Shown here: positions 1-7,617 of the stretch, one piece after another | Position numbering within the stretch: position 1 is the stretch's first letter | How the letters are laid out: the number at the start of each line of letters is the position of its first letter | NCBI GenBank assembly: GCA_029266495.1 | Contig: JAQSWS010000032.1 | Coordinates: forward strand, 1,089 to 65,088 | Direction: 5' to 3' | Source of the DNA: Rariglobus sp. | Lineage (GTDB): Bacteria > Verrucomicrobiota > Verrucomicrobiia > Opitutales > Opitutaceae | Length of the DNA stretch: 64,000 nucleotides | The notes under the pieces: generated by a model | Told to the model about the DNA's origin: nothing | Databases searched by the model: none | What the model saw: the letters and a program-made list of their open reading frames with translations, nothing else | Position numbers and translations under genes: made by a program

Positions 1-159
1 GTCCGCCGCAGCGGTCATTTCAACAAACTCGTCATCGTTAAGATCGACGAAAACCTCATGTTCGATGCGCGCATCCTACCGAGATCTGCACTCGGGAAAA
101 GTAATGGAGGCAAAGCTGCCCGTGTATCTTGGAACTCCTTGCCCAAACTAAACGAGTAA
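1..159 (+). CDS. 3' end of an uncharacterised protein (runs off the window edge)
   Basis: Frame +1 is open from base 1 (VRRSGHFNKLVIVKIDENLMFDARILPRSALGKSNGGKAARVSWNSLPKLNE) to TAA at 157-159; more AT-rich than the neighbouring DNA; not in the ORF track. Confidence 0.5.
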   Translation, partial: VRRSGHFNKLVIVKIDENLMFDARILPRSALGKSNGGKAARVSWNSLPKLNE

Positions 160-161
160 GT

Positions 162-344
162 AACGGCCCGTTTAACGATCTGGAGTCCGCCGAGAAAACC
201 CTCGATGACCTGTCGTCCCGCATGCTCGCCGGTGTCGGCGTAAAGTATGGCAAGAACAGCGACGAATACGAAAAGGCCGGCGGCACCCGCCCCGACGAGC
301 GCAAGTCCCCTCGCCGCTCCACCCCCGCGCCGGCCGCGGTGTGA
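162..344 (+). pseudogene. C-terminal remnant of a conserved hypothetical protein (KYGKNSDEYEKAGG type)
   Basis: NDLESAEKTLDDLSSRMLAGVGVKYGKNSDEYEKAGGTRPDERK resembles the C-terminus of a widespread small helical protein family. An in-frame TAA near 102 and the absence of a good start suggest 5' truncation. Confidence 0.5.
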
Positions 345-369
345 CATCAAAAACAGGTCGGACCTCTCC

Positions 370-402
370 GCCGGACGGCTTCAACCACCGCCCGGCTTTT
401 TT
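370..402 (+). terminator. Rho-independent terminator
   Basis: GCCGGACGG-loop-CCGCCCGGC (1 mismatch) followed by T6, downstream of the stop at 344. Confidence 0.7.
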
Positions 403-449
403 ATGCCTTCATCGCCAGTTAAACCAGAGAGCATTTCATATAAAGTCGT

Positions 450-584
450 GGTCGTCGGGGTGTCGTGAGCCACGCCCGTGCCGGGCGTGTTCCGTGATGC
501 ATCCCCGATTTCGAACCACGCGGCCGACACGGCCGCGGCTACAACTTTAAAGACTGCTCGGCGCGACCGCCGGGCGCGCCCTAC
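450..584. repeat. Composite GTAG-type REP cluster (copy A)
   Basis: 468-545 is a near-identical reverse complement of 7454-7531. It contains the hairpins CACGCCCGTGCCGGGCGTG and CGCGGCCGACACGGCCGCG-GCTAC; a further REP, CGGCGCGACCGCCGGGCGCGCCCTAC, lies at 559-584. Confidence 0.8.
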
Positions 585-598
585 CCACGCTTCGCAGG

Positions 599-1093
599 TC
601 AGCCGAGCTTCGCCTCAAAGAACGCTCTCCGCCACACCGCATGGTAAGCAGACGGCGTTTCCTGGATCGCGCCACTGATGGGAACGATCCTTCGGTGATG
701 AATTTCAAACTGCGGCTCCCAGTCCAGCAGGCGGACTTTCGCCAGCCATATCGCGCGAACAAGCACGAGCCCTTGCTCGGGTCCTAGAATGCACCGGCCC
801 CGACAATACCCGAGGAGATGCGCGTGGTCCACGACCGCACACGCCTCCTCCTTCATTTCACGATGCAACGTGTCGAGCCAGGACTCGTTTTTCTCCGGCC
901 TTCCGGCGGGAAAGTCCCAAGTGCGGCCGTTTGCTGAAATGAGAATCACCCCATCATCATCGCCACTACAGATACCCGCCGACCCATGCGGACGTCCGGA
1001 GGGCGCATTCGGTCCTTGATGCCACGACGTCAACCAGTGCCCGCCGCCCGTGGCGATCTCCAGTTCCTCATCATTTTTCAACATATTCACCAA
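599..1093 (-). CDS. NUDIX hydrolase
   Basis: Nudix box AGRPEKNESWLDTLHREMKEE; the real start is probably the ATG at 1084. Confidence 0.8.
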   Translation of the reverse strand: MVNMLKNDEELEIATGGGHWLTSWHQGPNAPSGRPHGSAGICSGDDDGVILISANGRTWDFPAGRPEKNESWLDTLHREMKEEACAVVDHAHLLGYCRGRCILGPEQGLVLVRAIWLAKVRLLDWEPQFEIHHRRIVPISGAIQETPSAYHAVWRRAFFEAKLG

Positions 1094-1173
1094 GGTCTGT
1101 CTTCAACATAAACCGAGGCTGCGCGCGAGGGAAACCATGCCTCGCACCGCGAACGTCTTCGATGAAGCGGCAT

Positions 1174-1209
1174 GAAAAAGCGGACCTCCCCCTGAGGGAA
1201 GGTCCGCTT
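1174..1209 (-). terminator. Rho-independent terminator of the oxidoreductase operon
   Basis: AAGCGGACCT...AGGTCCGCTT stem preceded by A5 on + (T-tract on -). Confidence 0.75.
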
Positions 1210-1273
1210 GAGTTGCGGAACGCCGGGTCGTGCGAGCGTTAGAGGATCATCCGGCTCTGCCGGAGTCTCGCGC

Positions 1274-2377
1274 TTACAGGCGGCCTTCGATCAGGCCGAG
1301 CGGGAGCGCCTCGGGCTGTTCGGGGCGGGAGACGATCTCAATGCTCGTGCCGGTCTTCGACGACTTCTCGAACGAGTGCATGACTTCGAGCGCGTGGTAG
1401 GCCAGCGCGCCGCTCGCGCGGTGCTTGCGCTTGCCGCCGCTCAAGATCGCATACGCGAGATCCGCCGCGCCGATGCTGCGCGAGTTCATCAGGTAGCGGT
1501 GGCTGAAGGCCTGCGTCTGCCATTCCTTGGTCGCGGGCGTCCAGAGCTGGATCGGCCCGCCGAAGGTGTTGGGATCGGGAGCCTTCATCGAACCTTCGGT
1601 GCCGTAGAGTTCAATGTTGCTGTGGCCGTGCGCATACACGTCGAAGGAGATCGTCGTGGTGATCACCGCGCCGGAGTGGAACTCGAGCGAGCCCGAGTAG
1701 TGCGTGGGAATCTGCACCGGCAGGAGTTTGCCGAACTGTTCCTTGCAGGTGGCGATACGCTGCTCGAAGGCCTTGCTCGTGATCGCACTCACGCGCTTCA
1801 CCGGGCCGAGCAGGTGCACCAGCGCGGTGACGTAGTAAGGGCCCATGTCGAACATCGGACCGGCGCCGGTCTCGTAGAAGAACGAGGGATTCGGGTGCCA
1901 GCTTTCGGGTCCGCGGCTCATCATGAAGGCCGAGCCGCCGACGATCTTGCCGAGCCAGCCGTCGTCCACGAGCTTGCGGCAGGTTTGAAAACCGCCGCCC
2001 ATAAACGTGTCGGGCGCGCAGCCGACGAGCAGTCCCTTGGACGCGGCGGTATCGATGACCTTTTTTCCGTCCTCCAGGCTCACCGAGAGCGGCTTTTCGC
2101 TGTGGACGTGCTTGCCGGCGGCGAGCGCAGCGAGGCTCACCTGGGCGTGCACCGCCGGAATGGTGAGGTTGATGACGAGCTGCACCTCGGGGTTGGCGAG
2201 GAGTTCGTCGACCGTCTGGGCCTTGCAGCCGTTCTCGGTGGCCTTGGCCTCGGCGAGCGCGGTGTTGATATCCGCGCAGGACACCACTTTGAGCACCTCA
2301 AAGAGTTTCGCTCCGTTAAAGTAGGCCTGCGAGATGTTGCCGCAGCCGATGATTCCGATTCCGATTTGGTTAGGCAT
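1274..2377 (-). CDS. Gfo/Idh/MocA family oxidoreductase
   Basis: GIIGCGNIS Rossmann motif, SEKP motif, GAGPMFDMGPY. Confidence 0.92.
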   Translation of the reverse strand: MPNQIGIGIIGCGNISQAYFNGAKLFEVLKVVSCADINTALAEAKATENGCKAQTVDELLANPEVQLVINLTIPAVHAQVSLAALAAGKHVHSEKPLSVSLEDGKKVIDTAASKGLLVGCAPDTFMGGGFQTCRKLVDDGWLGKIVGGSAFMMSRGPESWHPNPSFFYETGAGPMFDMGPYYVTALVHLLGPVKRVSAITSKAFEQRIATCKEQFGKLLPVQIPTHYSGSLEFHSGAVITTTISFDVYAHGHSNIELYGTEGSMKAPDPNTFGGPIQLWTPATKEWQTQAFSHRYLMNSRSIGAADLAYAILSGGKRKHRASGALAYHALEVMHSFEKSSKTGTSIEIVSRPEQPEALPLGLIEGRL

Positions 2378-2388
2378 GGTGGGGAAAA

Positions 2389-3204
2389 TTACTTGGTGCC
2401 CTGGGCGATCTTGCTGGAGGTGAGGTAGCGATAGCTGTCCTTGATGGCCTGCATCATGTCACCTTCAAACTTGTCGAGCTCGACCGCGATATACTCGGCG
2501 TGGCGAACGGCCTTTCCAGCGGCGATCAGGTCCACCTGGCCGGTGCCGGCCGCGCGGAACGGGATGGAGTCGCTGACCATGATTTTACCGCTCTCGGTCT
2601 CCGCCGTTTTGAAGGCGGCTTTCTCGGACACGATGCCGTCCTTGAAATGGAGAACTTTGCCACGCGCACCAATCTCCTGGATGAACGCGGCCGGATCGAG
2701 GCCGGCACGGGCAACCCAGAACACGTCGGCTTCGTAGAGCACGGTGTCGGGAGTGTTCTCAATGAAGAGCTGGTAGGCGCGACGACCTTCGACGACGGCG
2801 AGATCCCAATCGTGATTGTGGTAGCCGACCTGCAGACCATGGGGCGCGAGGTTGGCGGCGGCTTCGCAGTAGAGGTCGGCCATCGCCTTCACCTTGTCCA
2901 GCGAAGTGAAGTGCTCCTGAAACTTGGGCGGGCAGCCGGTGATCAGATACTTGTGCCCCATGAGCAGGGCTTCATCGATGATCGCGTTCTTGTTGTCGCC
3001 GATCGGGAGGCCGATGTGGGCGGTGGGCGCTTTCAGTCCCAGTTCCTTGAAGAGCTTCGCCGCTTCCTTCGCGGTTGAGCCGGGGTAACCCGCGGGTTCG
3101 ACACAGCCAAAGCCGGTCTCGGCGATGGCGCGGATCGTGCCGGCGTAGTCGTTTTTGGCGAGTTCGCGGACGCTGTAGAGCTGAACGGTGATTTGAGGGA
3201 TCAT
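2389..3204 (-). CDS. Sugar phosphate isomerase/epimerase (xylose isomerase-like TIM barrel)
   Basis: VQLYSVRE, YHNHDW, EADVFW, HFKD, VELD motifs. Confidence 0.88.
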   Translation of the reverse strand: MIPQITVQLYSVRELAKNDYAGTIRAIAETGFGCVEPAGYPGSTAKEAAKLFKELGLKAPTAHIGLPIGDNKNAIIDEALLMGHKYLITGCPPKFQEHFTSLDKVKAMADLYCEAAANLAPHGLQVGYHNHDWDLAVVEGRRAYQLFIENTPDTVLYEADVFWVARAGLDPAAFIQEIGARGKVLHFKDGIVSEKAAFKTAETESGKIMVSDSIPFRAAGTGQVDLIAAGKAVRHAEYIAVELDKFEGDMMQAIKDSYRYLTSSKIAQGTK

Positions 3205-3303
3205 GGGAGGTGGTATTGTCCGCGCAGCTTGTCAAAAGCTACGCGAGGAGTTGACCGACCCGACCTTACCAGAAGATATTCCGGATGCGAATTGACTAAA
3301 ACT

Positions 3304-4086
3304 ATGAACAACTGGCGAAACCTACCCCCTCGCCTGACCCGCGTCGGCACCTACAAGAGCCCGTTGGGCGGGTCGCGCAAACCGACCTCGGCGGATCAAA
3401 ATGAAGTGCTGTTCGAGGTCATCCAGGAGGGTTCCGTCTATGGACTCGAAGAGCAGCCGGTGTTGCACGGGGAAGGCGCGGTGTTTTGCCATCAGGCCGG
3501 ACAGGTGTCGGTCTCGGATTCGCCGTCGGAGAGCTACTATCACTGCTACGTCGTCTGGTTTGAGTGCGGGCAGGACGGCTTCGCTCCGGATTGGCCGAGG
3601 GTGTTTCAGTGGAAGGATCGCAAGTCGATGCACGCCTTCATGGATGAGATCCTCCATGCGTTTCACTACGTCGCGATGCCTCTCGATGTGATTGGCAACC
3701 TCATCCTCTCCCGTTTCGAGTTTGAGCTGGAGCGCTCGCGATCGCTGGCACGGACGCAAGCCATCCCGTCGCAGCTGAGTCTCGCGACCGATTTCATCAA
3801 CCGGAACTACGCGAAGCCGCTGTCGCTGGACGACGTGGCGAAGGCGGCGGATGTGAGCGTCTCGCACCTTCACATGCTGTTTCGCGAGCAGCTCGGCGAG
3901 AGTCCGCACCAATACCTGATCCAGAAGCGGCTGCGCATCGCCGGGCACGCCTTGGCCACGGGCAACCAGTCGATCAAGGCGCTGGCCGCCGAAGTCGGTT
4001 ACCCGAACGCTGAAAACTTTTGCCGGGCGTTCAAAAAGTTCTTCGGCCGGTCCGCCTCTGAATATCGTCAGGCATACTCGCGCTGA
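3304..4086 (+). CDS. AraC family transcriptional regulator
   Basis: C-terminal double HTH (LSLDDVAKAADVSVSHLHMLF...VGYPNAENFCRAFKK); divergent from the sugar genes; ATG at 3304. Confidence 0.9.
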   Translation: MNNWRNLPPRLTRVGTYKSPLGGSRKPTSADQNEVLFEVIQEGSVYGLEEQPVLHGEGAVFCHQAGQVSVSDSPSESYYHCYVVWFECGQDGFAPDWPRVFQWKDRKSMHAFMDEILHAFHYVAMPLDVIGNLILSRFEFELERSRSLARTQAIPSQLSLATDFINRNYAKPLSLDDVAKAADVSVSHLHMLFREQLGESPHQYLIQKRLRIAGHALATGNQSIKALAAEVGYPNAENFCRAFKKFFGRSASEYRQAYSR

Positions 4087-4168
4087 CGATCCGCCCTTGC
4101 CGGGCCGGGGATGCGCCTCCGCCTCTTGTGTCGGCGCCGTTTAGTGCCATAATCAAGGCACTTCTCCC

Positions 4169-5236
4169 ATGAACAAACCACGCGCCTATTCCGTCAAAGC
4201 CTACTCCACCCCCGCCGCCAACGCGCCGCTCGCGCCCGCCACCATCCCGCGTCGCGAACCCACCGATCGCGACGTGCAGATCGAAATCCTCTTCTGCGGC
4301 GTCTGCCACTCCGACCTCCACTTTGCCCGCAATGAGTGGCACTTCACCCAATACCCCGCCGTTCCCGGCCACGAGATCGTCGGTCGCGTCACCCAGGTCG
4401 GCTCCAAGGTCACCAAGTTCAAACCCGGCGATCTCGCCGGCGTCGGCTGTCTCGTTGATGCCGACCTGGCGTCCTGTCCCTACTGCCGCAAGGGCCTCGA
4501 GCAGTTCTCGCCCACCATGGTCATGACCTACGGCTCGATGGACAAACACCTCAACCTGCCCACCTACGGCGGCTACTCCGAAGGCATCGTCGTCGACGAA
4601 CATTTCGTCCTTCACATCCCCGCCAACCTGAACCCCGCCGCGGCCGCGCCGCTCCTCTGCGCCGGCATCACCACCTACTCGCCGATGCGCCATTGGAAAG
4701 TCGGGCCCGGCAAGAAGGTCGGCATCGTCGGCCTCGGCGGACTCGGCCACATGGGCACCAAGTTCGCCCGCGCCTTCGGCGCCGAGGTCTTTGTCTTCAC
4801 GACCTCGCCCAATAAAAAAGCCGACGCCCTCCGCCTCGGCGCGCACGGGGTCATCGTCTCGAAAAATGCCGACGAGATGGCGAAGCACGCCGGCACGTTC
4901 GATTTCATCCTCGATTGCGTGTCCGCCGATCACGACATCAACGCCTACCTCGGCATGCTTGCGCCCGATGGAAACCTCACGCTCGTCGGTGCGCCCGAAA
5001 AGCCGCTGCCGGTCGCGGCCTTCGGCTTGATCTTCGGACGCAAGAGCCTGTCCGGTTCCCCCATCGGCGGCCTGCCCGAGACGCAGGAGATGCTCGATTT
5101 CTGCGGCAAGCACAACATCACCGCCGACATTGAGATGATCCGCATGGACCAGATCAACGAGGCTTACGAACGCATGCTGAAGAGCGACGTGAAATACCGC
5201 TTCGTGATCGACATGGCGTCGCTCAAGACGAGCTGA
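4169..5236 (+). CDS. NAD(P)-dependent Zn alcohol dehydrogenase (cinnamyl-ADH/YahK-like)
   Basis: CGVCHSD, PGHEIVG, GLGGLGH, YRFVID motifs. Confidence 0.93.
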   Translation: MNKPRAYSVKAYSTPAANAPLAPATIPRREPTDRDVQIEILFCGVCHSDLHFARNEWHFTQYPAVPGHEIVGRVTQVGSKVTKFKPGDLAGVGCLVDADLASCPYCRKGLEQFSPTMVMTYGSMDKHLNLPTYGGYSEGIVVDEHFVLHIPANLNPAAAAPLLCAGITTYSPMRHWKVGPGKKVGIVGLGGLGHMGTKFARAFGAEVFVFTTSPNKKADALRLGAHGVIVSKNADEMAKHAGTFDFILDCVSADHDINAYLGMLAPDGNLTLVGAPEKPLPVAAFGLIFGRKSLSGSPIGGLPETQEMLDFCGKHNITADIEMIRMDQINEAYERMLKSDVKYRFVIDMASLKTS

Positions 5237-5472
5237 GCCGCATCTCCGGCCGGAGCCCCCGTGCGCCCACCCCGACCAGCGCACGCGATGGCGTCTGCAT
5301 CTGTTTGCCGACGCCGCAGCGTGCGTTCGCGGTGAAGCTTTGTTGTCGTCGGTTTCGTGCTAGCGAGGGTCGGCCCAGTCCAGAGATGGAAAAACTTAGC
5401 CCTTTTCCCGTCCCTCCCCCCACCGCTAGCCTCGTCATCCGCTTCTCCCTCTCTTCACACCCTCAAACACCC

Positions 5473-6567
5473 ATGAGCCTCAAACTCCGTCCCGCCTCCG
5501 AATGTCACTACGACCAGCTCTCGCTGGGCGAAGTCATGCTCCGCCTCGATCCGGGCGAGGGCCGCGTGCGCACCGCCCGCCAGTTCACCGCCTGGGAAGG
5601 CGGCGGCGAATACAACACCTCCCGCGGCCTCCGCAAATGTTTCAACCTGAAGACCGCCGTCTGCACCGCCTTCGTTGACAACGAGGTCGGCCATCTGGTC
5701 GAGGACTTCATCATGCAGGGCGGCGTCGCCACCGACTTCATCAAGTGGCGCGAGGACGACGGCATCGGTCGCACCGTGCGCAACGGCCTCAACTTCACCG
5801 AGCGCGGCTTCGGCATCCGCGGCGCCGTCGGCGTGCCCGACCGCGGCAACACCGCCGCCTCGCAACTCAAACCCGGCGACTTCGACTGGGACCACATTTT
5901 CGGCAAGCTCGGCGTCCGCTGGTTCCACACCGGCGGCATCTTCGCCGCCCTCTCCGAATCCACCGCCGCCCTCACGATTGAAGCCGTCAAGGCCGCCAAC
6001 AAATACGGCACCATCGTCAGCTACGACCTCAACTACCGCCCGTCCCTCTGGAAGACCATCGGCGGCCTCAAGAAGGCCCAGGAGGTCAACCGCGAGATCG
6101 CCAAATACGTCGACGTGATGATCGGCAACGAGGAGGACTTCACCGCTTCTCTCGGCTTTGCGGTCAAAGGCGCCGAAAACCTCACGCACATCGAGACGGA
6201 CGCCTTCAAGGCGATGATCGAAACTGCCGTGAAGGAGTTCCCCAACTTCAAGGTCGCCGCGACCACGCTCCGCCACGTGATCACCGCCACGGTCAACGAT
6301 TGGAGCGCGATCCTCTGGCACGACGGCAAGTTCTTCGAGAGCCGCAAATACCCGGGCCTGGAGATTCTCGACCGCGTCGGCGGCGGCGACAGCTTCGCTT
6401 CCGGCCTTCAGTTCGGCTTCCTCTCCAAGAACGACCCGCAGCTCGCCGTTGACTACGGTGCCGCCCACGGCGCCTTCGCCAGCACCACGCCCGGCGACAC
6501 CTCGATGGCCACCCAGAAGGAAGTCGAAAAACTCATGAAAGGCGGCGGCGCCCGCGTCGTGCGCTGA
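5473..6567 (+). CDS. kdgK: 2-keto-3-deoxygluconate kinase (PfkB family)
   Basis: LGEVMLRL, YDLNYRPSLW, DRVGGGDSF; ATG at 5473. Confidence 0.88.
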   Translation: MSLKLRPASECHYDQLSLGEVMLRLDPGEGRVRTARQFTAWEGGGEYNTSRGLRKCFNLKTAVCTAFVDNEVGHLVEDFIMQGGVATDFIKWREDDGIGRTVRNGLNFTERGFGIRGAVGVPDRGNTAASQLKPGDFDWDHIFGKLGVRWFHTGGIFAALSESTAALTIEAVKAANKYGTIVSYDLNYRPSLWKTIGGLKKAQEVNREIAKYVDVMIGNEEDFTASLGFAVKGAENLTHIETDAFKAMIETAVKEFPNFKVAATTLRHVITATVNDWSAILWHDGKFFESRKYPGLEILDRVGGGDSFASGLQFGFLSKNDPQLAVDYGAAHGAFASTTPGDTSMATQKEVEKLMKGGGARVVR

Positions 6568-6571
6568 TCAA

Positions 6572-6630
6572 GTAGACGCGGCGTCCCGCCGCGTTTCCGT
6601 GTTTTACCGTAGGCCGCGAACTCGTTCGCG
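6572..6630 (+). repeat. Two GTAG-headed REP-like hairpins
   Basis: GTAG-ACGCGGCGTCCCGCCGCGT (6572-6594) and GTAG-GCCGCGAACTCGTTCGCG (6609-6630). Confidence 0.6.
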
Positions 6631-6635
6631 CTCCG

Positions 6636-6665
6636 AAGCCCGGGCCGAAAGCGCCCGGGCTTTTT
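6636..6665 (+). terminator. Rho-independent terminator after kdgK
   Basis: AAGCCCGGGC-cgaaagc-GCCCGGGCTTTTT. Confidence 0.8.
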
Positions 6666-6735
6666 GTTGCACTTGTCCGACCGAGTCACCCATCTCGGAG
6701 CAAGCGGTCTCCGGTCACTCGGGAGCGCAAAAAAC

Positions 6736-7431
6736 ATGAGCGACTCCACTCCTCCCTCCCTGCCTCCTGCTCCGCCCGCATTGCCCGCAGTTTCAACTCC
6801 TTCGATTTATCACAAGGCCGCCAAATTCGCCGTCACGGTTTTGGTCGTCGCATTCTTGATCAATCTGTCGACGCAACTCGTGAGACCGCCCGGGACAGCT
6901 GGCATGACACCCGAATCGCGAATTATTTCAATGCTCGGAGGAAGCTTGTTCCTGCTTGCGATCCCCGCGGGGGTTATCGCCCTGTGCGGCATTAAAAAAC
7001 ATGGTCCCCGCCAGCTGCTTTGGCGGGGCCTGGTTGGGATTTTGGTTCCCGTGTTGCTCCTCGGGATGGCAATTCCTGCGTTTTTCAAAGTGCGCAATAC
7101 CGCGTCGGAAATGTTCCTTCGAAAGGTCGCCGCCGACCTCAACAAAGAATCTCCCAAAATGATCGATGAAATCACCCGCCTTGAAAAGGCCACGGCCGGC
7201 CCGGGTAACTTGCTCACCGTGGATGTCACCATCACCTCGCTCAAGGCGGACGAGATCGACCGCGAAATCTGGGCTGCCCAGGTTCGCCCCAATCTCAAGG
7301 CGGGAATCGTGGCGTCACCCCTCGCAAAGAGCCTGCGCACGGGCAGCACGATTACTTACCGGTATTCCGGCTCGGACGGCGTCAAAATCGACGAGATATC
7401 AGTCACCGCGGAAGACCTTCCGAAAAAATAG
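6736..7431 (+). CDS. Hypothetical membrane protein with a C-terminal soluble domain
   Basis: Pro-rich N-terminus, three hydrophobic segments, and a C-terminal domain with a pattern reminiscent of the PA3611/AspS2 type (SPKMIDEITRL...TITYRYSGSDG). Confidence 0.7.
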   Translation: MSDSTPPSLPPAPPALPAVSTPSIYHKAAKFAVTVLVVAFLINLSTQLVRPPGTAGMTPESRIISMLGGSLFLLAIPAGVIALCGIKKHGPRQLLWRGLVGILVPVLLLGMAIPAFFKVRNTASEMFLRKVAADLNKESPKMIDEITRLEKATAGPGNLLTVDVTITSLKADEIDREIWAAQVRPNLKAGIVASPLAKSLRTGSTITYRYSGSDGVKIDEISVTAEDLPKK

Positions 7432-7453
7432 TCCACCGCTCTGGAACATTTCA

Positions 7454-7612
7454 GTTGTAGCCGCGGCCGTGCCGGCCGCGTGGTTCGAAATCACGGATGC
7501 ATCACCGAACACGCCCGGCACGGGCGTGGCTGCACGAAAACCCGACGGCCCCGCCGCGAAGTCATCCGGCATGCGTGCGCCTAGGCGGACGGCCCAGCGG
7601 TCCGTCCCTACC
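7454..7612. repeat. Composite GTAG-type REP cluster (copy B)
   Basis: GTAGCCGCGGCCGTGCCGGCCGCG...CACGCCCGGCACGGGCGTGGCT is an inverted copy of 468-545; the REP CGGACGGCCCAGCGGTCCGTCCCTACC follows at 7586-7612. Confidence 0.8.
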
Positions 7613-7617
7613 ATCCA

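Noticed and set aside
450-600. CRISPR array
   Set aside because: The hairpins differ from each other, are not regularly spaced with unique spacers, and there are no cas genes.
7481-7495. tRNA-like T-loop (GGTTCGAAATC)
   Set aside because: It is part of the REP composite, with no cloverleaf, D-arm or CCA end.
450-7612. Composite transposon or MITE-bounded mobile element
   Set aside because: No transposase or target-site duplication was seen, and the cargo is ordinary metabolic genes; REP repeats explain the inverted ends.
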